A stretch of DNA of 63,654 nucleotides, filler included, from Microthyrium microscopicum (GCA_010405405.1; 11 parts of 5 records of this genome joined end to end with filler, not necessarily neighbours in it); one strand, 5' to 3'; numbered from the whole stretch's first letter, positions 38,121-53,632 are shown. The notes: a model not told the origin generated them from the letters alone. Program-made: numbers and translations.

Positions 38121-40714
38121 AATAAAGGTTTAATAAACATTTTATTACTTAAGAATTATATATTTTATAAACTACTAAGTATTATTATTATTATTATAAT
38201 ATTATTTTCTAAGTAATTTAGTTTTATTAGTATTAATTATAGACTTAAATATAATACTAGTTAGTATAATATAGAATATAATAGAATAAATTAATCTAAA
38301 AACTTTAAAAATATATATTTATATAAAATAGTATATATATAAAAAGTAAAATTATTTATTCTTTTTAATAACTTTTAATTTATAATTCTTTAAATAAAAT
38401 AATAAGCTATTAATTTTAAATCTTTTTTCTTTAGTACTTATAGTAATCTAAACTTATTTTACTTTTTTATTTTACTTTTAATATATATATCTTCTTTATA
38501 CTTTACTTTAAGCTTCTATAGAAAGTTTATCTAGTTACTAGACCTAAATATTACTTAATAATTATTTACTACTTATAGTAATAATTAAAATAGTAGCTAT
38601 CTATTTTTATTATATATCTTTATTATCTTAATTTCTAATAACTTTTTTTATTTATAATAACTTACTTAGTTAATTAATAGCTTTATTATTACTTATTATA
38701 ATATTATTATATCTTTTATTTAATTTTATTATAAACTATATACTATAGTTTTTAAGATAACTAAAAACTATACTTAACTTTTTTAGTACCTTTATTTAAA
38801 GTATACTCTTATTTAAAAAATATAAATTATAAATACTTAAAATCTTAGACTACTTCTTAACTCCTTAAAGCTATTATATTAGCTAAATTAATCTCTAAGC
38901 TAGAAAAAAATAATAATAATACTCTAGACTTAAATATAGAATTTTCCTTAAAAATTAATTAAACTAAACTTAAGTATAAAGTTTATCTAGATTTTTATAC
39001 TACTTATTAGTAAAACCTTAGTTCTACTAAATAGATTACTAGCTAACTTATAAATATTATATTACTAGACTCTTCTTAATAAGATATAATCTTAGAAGTA
39101 AATAAGTAAGTTATTACTATATAAGTATATAAAAACTAAATTTTTAAATAAAGCTTTAGTATCCTTTTAAAAGTAGTTAGGTTATTAGTACTAGTATTAA
39201 TAATAGAAGAGAAGATATAAGTATAATATTTTAATATATATTAAGATATTTATAAGGTACTAAATTTATAGCTATCTATATAATATATATTATATTATAG
39301 TTTAGTTAGAATATAGTAAAAATTTTCTCTTTTTAGCTATAAATAGTAAAGCTTATAATAAAAAGATAATTATTATATAAAGATATAAAATATTTCTTTT
39401 TAAATAAATAGAAAGAAAAATAAGATATAAGTATAAATAATATATTATTTAAGAAAAGTAGAAATAAAAGTTTAATATAGGCCTAATAGAATTTATAGTT
39501 TTATTAGAATATTTTTAATTTCTTTATTTTTAAGTAAGTAAGACTTTATAATTAGAGCTTTTAGATTTACTCTTTATATCCTAATAAGTATAAAGCTAGG
39601 TTTCTTTTAGTATAGTATATTTTAAATATTAATACTTAATCTTTTTAAGTTATTATAAATAAGTATATTAATATTAGTTAATTAGCTTTTATCTTACCTT
39701 TTCTATATATTAAGCTTACTCTACTAATACTACTTATTATCTTCTAGCTAGCTCTTAATTAATAATTATATTAGCTTTAATAACTAATTAATTCTTATTC
39801 TACTATAAANNNNNNNNNNNNNNNNNNNNNNNNNNNNNNNNNNNNNNNNNNNNTTAATTAATTAANNNNNNNNNNNNNNNNNNNNNNNNNNNNNNNNNNN
39901 NNNNNNNNNTATATTATTTTATAATAGACTTATACTACTAAAATATAAAGTTAGAGTTTATAAAGTTAATAATAATATTATTATTCTTTAAGATACTTAA
40001 GTAAGGCTTTATAACTAGCTTTAATTAGCTTTACTACTTATATTTTAACTAATCTATTTAGGATAGTAATTATAGTAATATTAAACTACTAAACTTCTTT
40101 ATTAGTATAAGAGCTATATCTAGTATAAAAGTAATACTTTTAACTTAATATATATTACTATAAAAGAAAACTACTATTACTTAGCTTTCCTAAAAAATAC
40201 TATATTTAAAGGCTATTACTACTATATATAGCTATATTATTTTTTTTTACTTATACTTTTAAAATACTCTAGAAGTTTAAGAACGTTTAAAAAAATACTT
40301 TAAGTATTTACTACTTAGTACTTTTTATTCTCTATAAAGTCTACTTTATATAAAAAAAAGTTAGAGATATTATAATAGTAATTTATATACTACTCTATTT
40401 TAACTACTATAAAAGTTATCTTTATAATTATTATCTTAGCTTTTCTATATTTTTACCTTAATTATTATAAAACTTACCTTTATTATTATTACCTTCTTTT
40501 TTATTATTACTTTAACTATTATAGAATTTACCTCTATTATATATTCTATATATTTTAAAGCTTTTAATATTTTAGTTAGCTTTATAAGTAAAGTAGTAGG
40601 ATTATATTAAAGTTTAAAAGTAGTAAAAAAGAAAGAGATAAAAATAAAAGATATAGCTAGGCTATTATTAGAGCTATTAAGTAAATACTAGAAGAAGTAT
40701 AATTAATAATAATA

Positions 40715-41410
40715 ATTACTACCTTCTTCTCTATTAAACTTACTTCTATATTAATTATTATAAAATTTATCTTTATAGTTACTACCTTCTTCTTTATTAA
40801 ACCTATCTCTATCTTAACTATTATAGAATTTACTTTTATAGTTACTATTTTTTTTTCTATTAAACCTACTTCTATATTAATTATTATAAAATTTACCTTT
40901 ATAGCTACTACTTTTTTCTCTATTAAACCTACCTTTACTTTAATTACTATAAAATTTATCTCTATAACTACTACTTTTTTCTTTATTAAACTTACCTCTA
41001 CCTTAATTACTATAAAATTTATCTCTATAGCTACTACTTTCTTTTTTGTTAAACTTACTTTTATATTAACTATTATAAAATTTATCTTTATAGCTACTAT
41101 CTTCTTCTCTATTAAACCTATCTTTACCTTAATTATTATAGAATTTACCTTTATAACTACTATCTCTTTCTCTATTAAACTTACCTTTATCTTAACTATT
41201 ATAAAATTTACTTCTATAGCTATTATCTTTTTCTTTATTAAACTTACCTTTACCTTAACTACTATAGAATTTACCTCTATAGCTATTACTTTCTTTTTTA
41301 TTAAACCTACCTTTACTTTAACTATTATAGAATTTACCTTTATAGCTATTACTTTCTTCTTTATTAAATTTACCTTTACCTTAACTACTATAGAATTTAC
41401 TTCTATAGCT
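40715..41410 (-). repeat. 63-bp in-frame tandem repeat, ~11 copies (degenerate units also at ~40395-40545)
   Basis: TTAAYTAYTAT at 40751, 40814, 40877, etc.; minus strand reads VKVEVGLIEKKVVAIEVNSII. Confidence 0.9.
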
Positions 41411-43464
41411 ATTATAATAACTATAGTAAAATATAAAAGACTTATTAAGTTAAAGAATATAAAAATTAAAGTAATGAGAAAATAAACTCTAAATAAAGAT
41501 TATTTTTAACTATATTAAAATAGTAAGTATTTAAAGATTTAGTAGTTACTAAAATAGTTATTAAGGTATAATAATTTTTCCTTTTTAATTAAAATAGTAT
41601 TCTTTCTAAATTTTTCTTTTAATTTTAACTTAATTTAATTTCTTTTCTTTCTCTTTATTCTATTTTCTACTTAGCTTAAGTATAAAAAAACGCTTATTAA
41701 AGTTATTTTAATAGCTTTTATATAGTATAATACTAAAATACTACTATATCTAAAAAAATATATTTCTTTATAGCTATTTAAGACTTTAAACTTTATATAT
41801 AAAGTAAAAGAAACTTTATTTTTTTATATTATAAATATTCTTTATATAAAAGATAAAAAAGATTAATAGCTAAGTATAAGTAGCTTATTTTTCTTCTTTA
41901 CTTTACTTTCTATACTTATTTAGTTCCTTTAAATTAATTATATAAAATATATACTTACTTTATAGTCTCTTTCTTTATAATAGATATAATAAATAGAGTT
42001 TTAAGTAACTCTTATTTTCTTAAATTAGTAATAAACTATATATATTTATATACCTATCTACTATAAAAGTATAAAAAAGTTATAAAGCTTTATTTTATTT
42101 ACTATTTAGTTAATATTATACTATTATATATAGTAAGACTATTTTTTATAAGCTTATATTTATTAAGATATAGAAATAACTATATAGTTTTATATAAGTA
42201 AGTATTATTTCTTATTTATATATACTTAATAAATAATTTTAGTTATATATAGTATATAAATAATATATATATAAATATTTAGTATAGCTATATAACTTTT
42301 ATACTATTAGAGTTATAAATATTAAGTAGTTTAGTAATATATTTACTACTAGTAAATAGAAAAAGATATTTTAAGTATATCTTTCTAAATTAGAAGTTAA
42401 CTAAGTAAGTTTACTATTCCTAAACTATAATTAACTTAGTAAAGTAGTTAAAGATATAGATTCTTAATACTAAGAAGTATTTACTAATAAAATAGTCTTT
42501 TCTAAGTAAACTAAGTAAAGTATTTAACTAATTCTATATTATATTATAAAAGAAAAGTAAATAACTTATCTTAAAAGAATTTTTTATTAAGCTAGTAAAT
42601 TATAGTAAAGTTATAAGAAACTAAGAGATTACCTTTAGCTACTACTCTCTATAATAAATATCTTAGTAGCTATTTAGTTTATATTAATTAAGATAATATC
42701 TAATACTAGCTATAATAATTANNNNNNNNNNNNNNNNNNNNNNNNNNNNNNNNNNNNNNNNNNNNTTAATTAATTAANNNNNNNNNNNNNNNNNNNNNNN
42801 NNNNNNNNNNNNNNNNNNNNNTATTAAAAGCTAGTACTAAAGCTAAAAAAGAATATAAGCTATTTATTATTATTTTCTAAATACTTTTAGAGAATAAAGT
42901 AGATAGCGTTCTAGTATTAATAGAGCTATAATTAATAAGAATGTAGGTTTTAGTAGTAAGATAAATAAATAAACTAAAAATAATATAATATAGTAGCTTA
43001 GTATACTAGAATAACTATTAGATTAAGAGAATAAAGTAGAAGATAGTATAGTAAATTAAGTTAATAAATTAGATTATTAGCTTATAGGTTTATATTATTT
43101 TAATTATAAGAGTATAGTAATAATAGCTAGTTCTAAAATTAATATTTTTTAGAATTCTTAATATTACTTAACTATCTCTAGATATCTTATATTCTACTAA
43201 ATATACCCTTCTAATACCTAACTAGTTATAAAGTCTAATAAAATACTAGACTACTTATTTTAAGTTAGCATATCCTATAGTTTTATAACATATATATTAG
43301 CTATATAGATATTATATATTTTCTAACTTTACCTATTTATAATTAACTATTTACTAATATTAATATTTATATTATAGTATATATAATAAATAATAAGATA
43401 ATAAGAATAATATAATTAATATACCCTATATAATTAATTTAAATAACTATAATATATTACTATA

Positions 43465-43712
43465 TACTTATAATACTTATAACATATACCTTATAGAATA
43501 CTTATAGCTTTTAAAATAACTCCTACTTACTTCTTATAGAACTTAATTAAATAATATAATTATAAAGATATTAGAGAATACTAAATATACTTATAATTCT
43601 TATAATATACACCTTATAAGATACCTATAGCTTTTAGAGTAACTTCTACTTACTTTTTATAAAACTTAATTAAATAATATAATTATAAAAAAAGTATAAG
43701 ATACTAAATACT
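43465..43712 (+). repeat. Two tandem copies of a ~124-bp unit
   Basis: AACTTAATTAAATAATATAATTATAAA occurs twice (~43540, ~43663). Confidence 0.8.
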
Positions 43713-46141
43713 TAAGTAGTTACTATTATTATAAGAAGTATATATTAATATATTATTCTATACTAACTACCTACTCTAAACTACTACTTCCTAAACTTTT
43801 ATTTTCTAACTAGTTTATAGACTAGATAATTTACTTAAAGTCTTATACTTTACAACTTTACTTTTAGATTTATAATAATTATCTTTAAAGGTATAGTCTT
43901 TAAGAAATATAATATAATAGGTATAATAACTTTTAGGATTCTTCTATATATCTTTTGCTTTCTATATAAATTACTAATATTCTTATCTATACTTAATATA
44001 TACTAAATATATAGTAGTATCTAGTATATATTTACTAAAAATTATTTCTATTATATAGCTAATATTACTATATAGTTTTTTTTTTTAAGATATTAAGATA
44101 TTTTATTTCTTAGTAGTCTAAGACTACTATTTATTAAGTATAGTAAGGCATCTTATATCTAGACTTAGCTTTATTACTATAGAACGTAGCTAGCTAAGGT
44201 TAATTCTAGCTATTAAGCTAGAGTTAAATTTTTATATAAGTACGTTATACTTAGCCTTAGTAAGGATAGAGGTAAGAAGAGAGAGAGGGTTAGGATTAAT
44301 AAGAGTCTTATTGTCTTTATTATTATTATTATTATTATCTATTAGCTTATTATTACTAAAATTAAAGGGTAAACCTAGGGAAAGAAATAGCTTAGGTAAG
44401 CTAGATATAAGAAAATTTAGAATAAAAAAAAGACTCTCTTTTTACTTAATAAGTATAGCTAAATAAGCTTAGTAAATAGCTTAGTAAGTATTAAACTTAA
44501 CTTAGTACTAACTATAATTATTACTACTAATATTTATAAGTAATATACTAGAACTTATAGATTATTAAAATTATAATGCTTTATAATATAATTAGAAATC
44601 CTATTCTTTAAATAAGTATATTTATTTTTTTAGTATAATATACTATAAAAAGTTAACTTTACTACTTTAATAAGCTAAGATAGCAAAAAACTATTAAATA
44701 GCTAATAAATAAAGATAATATATATATTAAATATAAAATAGTATTAAGAGTATATTTTTCTTTTAAGAGTAATAAAAGATATAAATATATAAAGTTATAA
44801 AGTTAAGAAATTAAAGTTTAAAAGTTAAGAAGTATAAAAGCTTTAAAAAGACTATAATATAGTAGTCTTATTATTTTAAATACTTAGTCTAACTAAGAGT
44901 ATTAGCTATTAAATAGTTATAATTACTTAATTTAGTAATACTTAGTTAGCTTATTATATCTTTATAAAGCCCTTATTTAATAAAAGAGATAGAATAAAAT
45001 TAGTTAATATATAAAGAGTATTAATAGCCTAAGAGTTATATTAAAAAAATATAATAAAGACTTAAAGCTATACTTTCTTAAAAGTAGTCTAGTTAAGTAT
45101 AAAGAAAACTACTTAAGAGAAGACTTAAAGATATATAAAGATAAAAAAGAGAAGAGAATATATTTAGTATAGTAAAAGATATNNNNNNNNNNNNNNNNNN
45201 NNNNNNNNNNNNNNNNNNNNNNNNNNTTAATTAATTAANNNNNNNNNNNNNNNNNNNNNNNNNNNNNNNNNNNNNNNNNNNNTAACTCTTAATATAACTA
45301 TATATAATTCTTAATATAGCTATATATAATCCTTACTAGTATTTAAAAGTTAAAATAAATTAATTTAAAGTTATTACCTAGACTAGATATACTAGTTAAA
45401 ATAGAAAAGAGTACTACTATATATAGAATTAACTAACTTATAGCCTAAGATACTTAAAATACTTTATCTAAGAATATTACTAAAAATAGATTACTTAGCT
45501 CTACTCTATCTTAGCTAAAGACTACTAGAATATTTATATATTAGTATAATAATCCTCTATCTTTTTCTAAAACTATCCTTTTACTTAATATAAAGACTTA
45601 GAGGAGTATTATAATTACTACTCTCTTAATATTAAATCTTAATACGTTTTTATTATTACTATTATTTAGTTCTAATAATATACTAGCTTTTAATATAAAA
45701 CCTTTATTATTAATATTTAGCTCTTATTATACTATTAAGAATATCTAAAGTAAAGTCTTTATTACCTTAGCTTACGCTATTAGTATAATTATAATAAACT
45801 TAATTATACTATTTAATACTATATAAAAATTATATTTATTAGAATATTTTTATAAAATTTAAGATATAATATACTAATATATTATATAGAGTAAATATAA
45901 ACTAGCTATCTTTATAGAAGTATATTTTTAATCTATAACTAATTAATAGATATATTTAAATTAAATTCTATAGAATTTTTAATTTTCTAATTCTTAAACT
46001 AGTTAGCTAAACCTAGATAACTTTAATAAGAGTCTACTACTTATAAAAGTAGTTAATTATTAGATATAATATAAGTTTAAAAAGACTATAGTACGAATTA
46101 TTTTTATTATTATTACTAAGAAGTACCTTTAGTAAAGTAAT

Positions 46142-46940
46142 AAGATTAGTCTTACTAAACTTATAACTACTAAATTTATAGCTACTAAATTTATAACTAC
46201 TAAATATATAATTATTATTACTAAAATAGGATATACTATTACTTAAGATATTTATAAGGATCCTAACGTTAAAGTTTATAGTAAGACTATATATATAATA
46301 CTATTTTATATCTATCCTAAATATAATACTAATAGTATATTTAATATATTCTCTACTATATCTATATATTAGAGCTTATAAAATATAACTTTTCTACTTT
46401 TTACTTAATAATAACTAGACTAAATTAAAGGTATAATCTAGTAATACTATAAGATTATACCTAATAGATATTTAATATAGAATATTTAAGTCTTTATCTA
46501 GTAGGAAAATCTATTTTAAGATTTAGACTTAGTAAAGAGCTAGCTAGGACCTAAATTAGATATTAATAGCGTCTATATAAAAGCTATATATAATAAGAAT
46601 ATTATAGTATACTAGTACTATATACTATATTCTTATAAGCTACCTAATCTAGAATATAAATATAATAAACTAAAGATGTATTTATATATTCTAAATAAGA
46701 AGATAAAGTATCTTAAGTTTACTTCTATACGTATTAATATATTAGTAGATAATAGTACTAACTTAAAATACTTTATTACCCTAACCTAAGATTCTTAAAT
46801 ATAATTATATTTTATTATATATTATAACTCTAAATATAATCTAAAATATTACTAAAATATAGTATATAAACTTATAAAACGTCTAATACTAAAGCTAGTA
46901 AATATATTTCTAGGCTAGATAATTTATATTTACTAAATAG
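46142..46940 (+). pseudogene. RIP-degenerate ORF relic, product not recognised
   Basis: About 260 codons in one frame with only TAA/TAG stops. Confidence 0.3.
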
Positions 46941-47389
46941 TAAAATATAAAGCTTTTAGAACTTATATATACTACTTTACTCTTTATATAATTAAGAGAA
47001 AAAAAAAGTAAATATTATTAAGTAAGATTAAAGAGTAGTATTATAATATTACTATAGGTCTAATATTAGGTCTATAGTTAAAAGTTAAGGCTATAATATA
47101 TAAAACGTAAATAAATACTTTACTATTNNNNNNNNNNNNNNNNNNNNNNNNNNNNNNNNNNNNNNNNNNNNTTAATTAATTAANNNNNNNNNNNNNNNNN
47201 NNNNNNNNNNNNNNNNNNNNNNNNNNNTAGGTATATATATAGGTATTTTAATTTATTAAATATATATATAAGATAATAAGTACTTAAAAATATACTTAAT
47301 AAATAGTATAGTATTAGAATATAAACCTTACTTTAGGTTAGAGGAAGATATTAAATAAAAAACTATATACTTTAGAGTACTATTAAGCC

Positions 47390-50200
47390 TATTTTCTTTT
47401 TGTATTATATTATATTACTTAATTAGTATAATTTAACTATTTTTTAAATTTAATAGATATAGAATATAGGTAAAGAATAAAGTACTATATTTTTCTATTT
47501 TAAGAGATAAACTAATTAATTTTTAGCATTAGATAAGAAAATAAATTAAATTTATATATAATCTTTACTACCTTAGTACTACTATTTACCTTATACTTTT
47601 ATATTATATTACTTAATTAGTATAATTTAACTATTTTTTAAATTTAATAGATATAAGATATAGGTATAGAATAAAGCGCTATATTTATCTATTTTAAGAG
47701 ATAAACTAATTAATTTTTAGTATTAAATAGAAAAATAAATTAAATTTATATATAATTTCTACTACCTTAGTACTACTATCTACCTTATACTTTTATATTA
47801 TATTACTTAATTAGCATAATTTAACTATCTTTTAAATTTAATAGATATAGGATATAAGTAAAGAATAAAGTACTATATTTTTCTATTTTAAGAGATAAAC
47901 TAATTAATTTTTAGTATTAGATAGAGAAATAAATTAAATTTATATATAATTTCTACTACCTTAGTACTATTATCTACCTTATACTTTTGCGTTATATTAT
48001 TTAATTAGTATAATTTAACTATTTTTTAAATTTAATAGATATAGGATTTAGGTATAGAATAAAGCGCTATATTTATCTATTTTAATAGATAAACTNNNNN
48101 NNNNNNNNNNNNNNNNNNNNNNNNNNNNNNNNNNNNNNNNNNNNNNNNNNNNNNNNNNNNNNNNNNNNNNNNNNNNNNNNNNNNNNNNNNNNNNNNNNNN
48201 NNNNNNNNNNNNNNNNNNNNNNNNNNNNNNNNNNNNNNNNNNNNNNNNNNNNNNNNNNNNNNNNNNNNNNNNNNNNNNNNNNNNNNNNNNNNNNNNNNNN
48301 NNNNNNNNNNNNNNNNNNNNNNNNNNNNNNNNNNNNNNNNNNNNNNNNNNNNNNNNNNNNNNNNNNNNNNNNNNNNNNNNNNNNNNNNNNNNNNNNNNNN
48401 NNNNNNNNNNNNNNNNNNNNNNNNNNNNNNNNNNNNNNNNNNNNNNNNNNNNNNNNNNNNNNNNNNNNNNNNNNNNNNNNNNNNNNNNNNNNNNNNNNNN
48501 NNNNNNNNNNNNNNNNNNNNNNNNNNNNNNNNNNNNNNNNNNNNNNNNNNNNNNNNNNNNNNNNNNNNNNNNNNNNNNNNNNNNNNNNNNNNNNNNNNNN
48601 NNNNNNNNNNNNNNNNNNNNNNNNNNNNNNNNNNNNNNNNNNNNNNNNNNNNNNNNNNNNNNNNNNNNNNNNNNNNNNNNNNNNNNNNNNNNNNNNNNNN
48701 NNNNNNNNNNNNNNNNNNNNNNNNNNNNNNNNNNNNNNNNNNNNNNNNNNNNNNNNNNNNNNNNNNNNNNNNNNNNNNNNNNNNNNNNNNNNNNNNNNNN
48801 NNNNNNNNNNNNNNNNNNNNNNNNNNNNNNNNNNNNNNNNNNNNNNNNNNNNNNNNNNNNNNNNNNNNNNNNNNNNNNNNNNNNNNNNNNNNNNNNNNNN
48901 NNNNNNNNNNNNNNNNNNNNNNNNNNNNNNNNNNNNNNNNNNNNNNNNNNNNNNNNNNNNNNNNNNNNNNNNNNNNNNNNNNNNNNNNNNNNNNNNNNNN
49001 NNNNNNNNNNNNNNNNNNNNNNNNNNNNNNNNNNNNNNNNNNATCTCTACTACCTTAGTACTACTATTTACCTTATACTTTTATATTATATTACTTAATT
49101 AGTATAATTTAACTATTTTTTAAATTTAATAGATATAAGATTTAGGTATAGAATAAAGTACTATATTTTTTTATTTTAATAGATAAACTAATTAATTTTT
49201 AGCATTAGATAGGAAAATAAATTAAATTTATATATAATCTTTACTACCTTAGTACTACTATTTACCTTCTATTTTTATATTATATTACTTAATTAATATA
49301 ATTTAACTATTTTTTAAATTTAATACGTTTATAATTTAAGTATAGAATAAAGTACTATATTTATTTATTATAAGAAATAAACTAATTAATTTTTATTATT
49401 AGATAAGGAAATAAAATTAAATTTATATATAATCTCTACTACCTTAGTACTACTATCTATCTTATACTTTTGTATTATATTACTTAATTAGTATAATTTA
49501 ACTATTTTTTAAATTTAATAGATATAGGATATAGGTAAAGAATAAAGCACTATATTTTTCTATTTTAAGAGATAAATTAATTAATTTTTAGTATTAGATA
49601 AAAAAATAAATTAAATTTATATATAATCTCTACTACCTTAGTACTACTATCTACCTTATACTTTCGTATTATATTACTTAATTAGTATAATTTAACTATT
49701 TTTTAAATTTAATAGATATAGGATTTAGGTATAGAATAAAGTACTATATTTATCTATTTTAATAAATAAACTAATTAATTTTTAGTATTAAATAGAGAAA
49801 TAAATTAAATTTATATATAATCTCTACTACCTTAGTACTACTATTTACTTTCTACTTTCGTATTATATTACTTAATTAGTATAATTTAACTATTTTTTAA
49901 ATTTAACGCGTTTATAATTTAGGTATAGAATAAAGTACTATATTTATCTATTATAAGAGATAAACTAATTAATTTTTAGCATTAAATAGAGAAATAAAAT
50001 TAAATTTATATATAATCTTTACTACCTTAGTACTACTATCTACTTTATACTTTTACGTTATATTACTTAATTAGCATAATTTAACTATTTTTTAAATTTA
50101 ATAGATATAGGATATAGGTAAAGAATAAAGCGCTATATTTATTTATTATAAGAAATAAACTAATTAATTTTTAGTATTAGATAAGAGAACAAATTAAATT
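47390..50200 (+). repeat. 194-bp satellite array spanning the gap at 48096-49042
   Basis: TATATTACTTAATTAG at 47411, 47605, 47799, 47993; about 6 further units after the gap. Confidence 0.95.
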
Positions 50201-50239
50201 TATTACTAATAAATTAAAATTTAAATACAATATCTATTA

Positions 50240-51535
50240 TTCTCTACTAGGCTATTATATAGTATTTATAGTATTATAAATTATATCTACTTATTAATTA
50301 TTTTATTAATTATTCTAATTTTTTTAATTTTAATACTAACTAGTTTCTACGTACTTTAGAGATTAAAACGTATAAGGTATATTTAATATCCTAACTCCTT
50401 TATACAAAATGCTTAATAAGATATACTAATACTAGAATGCTCTCTACTTAAATATTAACTACTACTTAAGGATTTAAAATACTTAGAGAAACTTTTATTA
50501 CTTTAGTAGAGAAATTAAAGAGATACGTAATTAGTATATAAGCTTCTAATAAATATATAATATTATAAATCTTAATACTACCTAAGACTTATACTATTAA
50601 GTATTTAAGAAGATTAATTAATAATTTTAATCCTTAATAAATTTAAAGATATAATACGTCTTATTAAGGCTTAAAGAGATTAACGATCTAGAGCTTATAG
50701 TCCTAGTATTTAAATATATTATAGTAATAAGTTAGTAATAAATTACTTAATTTAAATATATAGTATAGAAGGTTTAATCTAAGTAATATTTATACTAAAT
50801 ACTCTTAAAGAAAATAATATAACTAACTACTTATTTCTACTTAAAAGGTTATAAAAAACTTTATTAAAATAAATATATTATGCTACTTATAGTATTATAT
50901 AATACTCTACTTATAAATAATACTAATTACTATAAATGATACCTTATAATATAAAGCTTTACTACTATTAATCTTTTATATATAATTTAGCTTAATTAGC
51001 TAAATTTTTAATACTAAAACTATACTTATTTTATTAAGGAAATATAAATATAATAAAAAAATTCTACTTAATATTAAGTAGTATATTATATTATAAATAG
51101 CGCTAGATTATAATTACCTTACGCTTAGGTAAAAGGTTAAAGTCTTTAGCTACGCCCTAAATAATACTACTAGCTAAGATTTATATTAAGTCTTTTAGCT
51201 TAAGAGTAAAGGCGTATAATTCTAGCTTAGCTATTAAATAAACTATACGTACTTTTTAGTAGTTATATTAACGTTTAAATCTATTCTTAGATTAGGTAAT
51301 TATTACCTATTAAATCTTATACTAAACTAAATTACTTAAAAGGTTATTTATATATTATTAATTATAGTAACTACTTTAAAGTTACTATAGATTATAAGAG
51401 ATATACTAAACGCTTACTATTCTATTTTATATATATACTTATATTTATAATAGAAGTTAGTAATATCTATCTAGGTAGGCCTCTTATTATACTATTTATA
51501 AAGCTATAATATATATACTATAATAAATTAAGTAG
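50240..51535 (+). pseudogene. TOR: TOR kinase fragment (FRB + PIKK catalytic domain), copy 1
   Basis: De-RIP readings YFRDQNVQGIF...NLDAAWDLYHRVF...QYVSPRLKEINDLELVVP...SKQR...LKGHE..RQDE; QMAPDY...QKVEVFGYA; NYTRSLAVMS..ILGLGDRHPSNLML (51241-51325). Cut by a gap. Confidence 0.9.
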
Positions 51536-51545
51536 NNNNNNNNNN

Positions 51546-52275
51546 ATTATATTACTTAATTAGTATAATTTAACTATTTTTTAAATTTAATGCGTTTATA
51601 ATTTAGATATAGAATAAAGTGCTATATTTATATATTATAAGAGATAAACTAATTAATTTTTAATATTAGATAGAAAAATAAAATTAAATTTATATATAAT
51701 CTCTACTACCTTAGTACTACTATCTACCTTATACTTTCGCGTTATATTACTTAATTAGTATAATTTAACTATTTTTTAAATTTAACAAATATAGGATTTA
51801 GGTATAGAATAAAGCGCTATATTTATCTATTTTAATAAATAAACTAATTAATTTTTAGTATTAGATAAGGAAATAAATTAAATTTATATATAATCTTTAC
51901 TACCTTAATACTACTATTTACCTTTTACTTTTACATTATATTACTTAATTAGTATAATTTAACTATTTTTTAAATTTAACGTATTTATAATTTAGGTATA
52001 GAATAAAGCGCTATATTTATCTATTATAAGAGATAAACTAATTAATTTTTAGTATTAGATAGGGAAATAAAATTAAATTTATATATAATCTCTACTACCT
52101 TAGTATTACTATCTACTTTATACTTTTACATTATATTACTTAATTAGTATAATTTAACTATTTTTTAAATTTAATAAATATAAGATATAGGTAAAGAATA
52201 AAGTGCTATATTTATTTATTATAAGAGATAAACTAATTAATTTTTAGTATTAGATAAGAGAATAAATTAAATTTG
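51546..52275 (+). repeat. 194-bp satellite, ~3.8 units, preceding the second TOR copy
   Basis: Same unit as 47390-50200. Confidence 0.95.
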
Positions 52276-52313
52276 TTACTAATAAATTAAAATTTAAATA
52301 TAATATTTATTAT

Positions 52314-53632
52314 TCTCTACTAGGCTGCTATATAGTATTTATAGTATTATAAATTATATCTACTTATTAGTTATTTTATTAATTATTTTAATTTTTTTAA
52401 TTTTAATACTAACTAGTTTCTATATACTTTAGAGATTAAAACGTATAAAGTATATTTAATACTTTGACTCCTCTATATAAAATACTTAATAAGGTATACT
52501 AATATTAGAACGTTCTCTACTTAAATATTAACTACTACTTAGGAATTTAAAATACTTAGAGAAACCTCTATTACTTTAATAGAGAAATTAAAGAGGTACG
52601 TAATTAGTATATAAGCTTTTAATAAATATATAATATTATAAATCTTAATACTACTTAGAATATATACTATTAAGTATTTAAGAGGATTAATTAATAATTC
52701 TAATCCTTAATAAATTTAAAGATATAGTACGTTTTACTAAGGCTTAAAGAGATTAATAATCTAGAGCTTATAGTCTTAATATTTAAATATATTATAGTAA
52801 TAAGCTAGTAGTAAATTACTTAATTTAAATATATAGTATAGGAGGTTTAATCTAAGTAACGTCTATATTAAATACTCTTAAAGGAAATAACGTAACTAAC
52901 TACTTATTTCTACTTAAAAGGCTATAAAAAACTTTATTAAAATAAATATATTATATTACTTATAGTATTATATAATACTCTACTTATAAATAATACTAAT
53001 TACTATAAATAATACTTTATAATATAAGGCTTTACTACTATTAATCCTTTATATATAATCTAGCTTAATTAGCTAGATTTTTAATACTAAAACTATACTT
53101 ATTTTATTAAGGAAATATAAATATAATAAAAAAATTCTACTTAATATTAAGTAGTATATTATATTATAAATAGCGCTAGATTATAATTGCTTTATGCTTA
53201 GATAAAAGGTTAAAGTCTTTAACTATACTCTAGATAATATTATTAGCTAAGATTTATATTAAGTCCTTTAGCTTAAGAGTAAAGGTATATAATCTTAGCT
53301 TAGCTATTAAATAAACTATATATGCTCTTTAGTAGTTATATTAATATTTAGATCTATTTTTAAATTAGGTAATTATTACTTATTAAATCTTATACTAGAC
53401 TAAATTACCTAAAAAGTTATTTATATATTATTAATTATAGTAACTACTTTAAAGTTATTATAGATTATAAAAGATATACTAAATACTTACTATTCTATTT
53501 TATATATATACTTATATTTATAATAAAAGTTAGTAATATCTACCTAGGTAGGCTCCTTATTATACTATTTATAAAGCTATAATATATATACTATAATAAA
53601 TTAAGTAGTCTATTATAGCTATTATAGAACTT
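52314..53632 (+). pseudogene. TOR: TOR kinase fragment (FRB + PIKK catalytic domain), copy 2
   Basis: Raw LDNIIS*DLY*VL*LKSK > LDNTTGQDLYRVLWLKSK (53230-53283); LGNYYLLNLILD > LGDRHPSNLMLD (53365-53400); IDYGDCFEV after a frameshift; similarity fades near 53630. Confidence 0.9.

Noticed and set aside
37934..38140. Supplied 68-aa ORF (Leu/Phe-rich, membrane-like)
   Set aside because: It is the antisense shadow of an A-rich, RIP-converted acidic tail on the plus strand; low complexity and no independent support.
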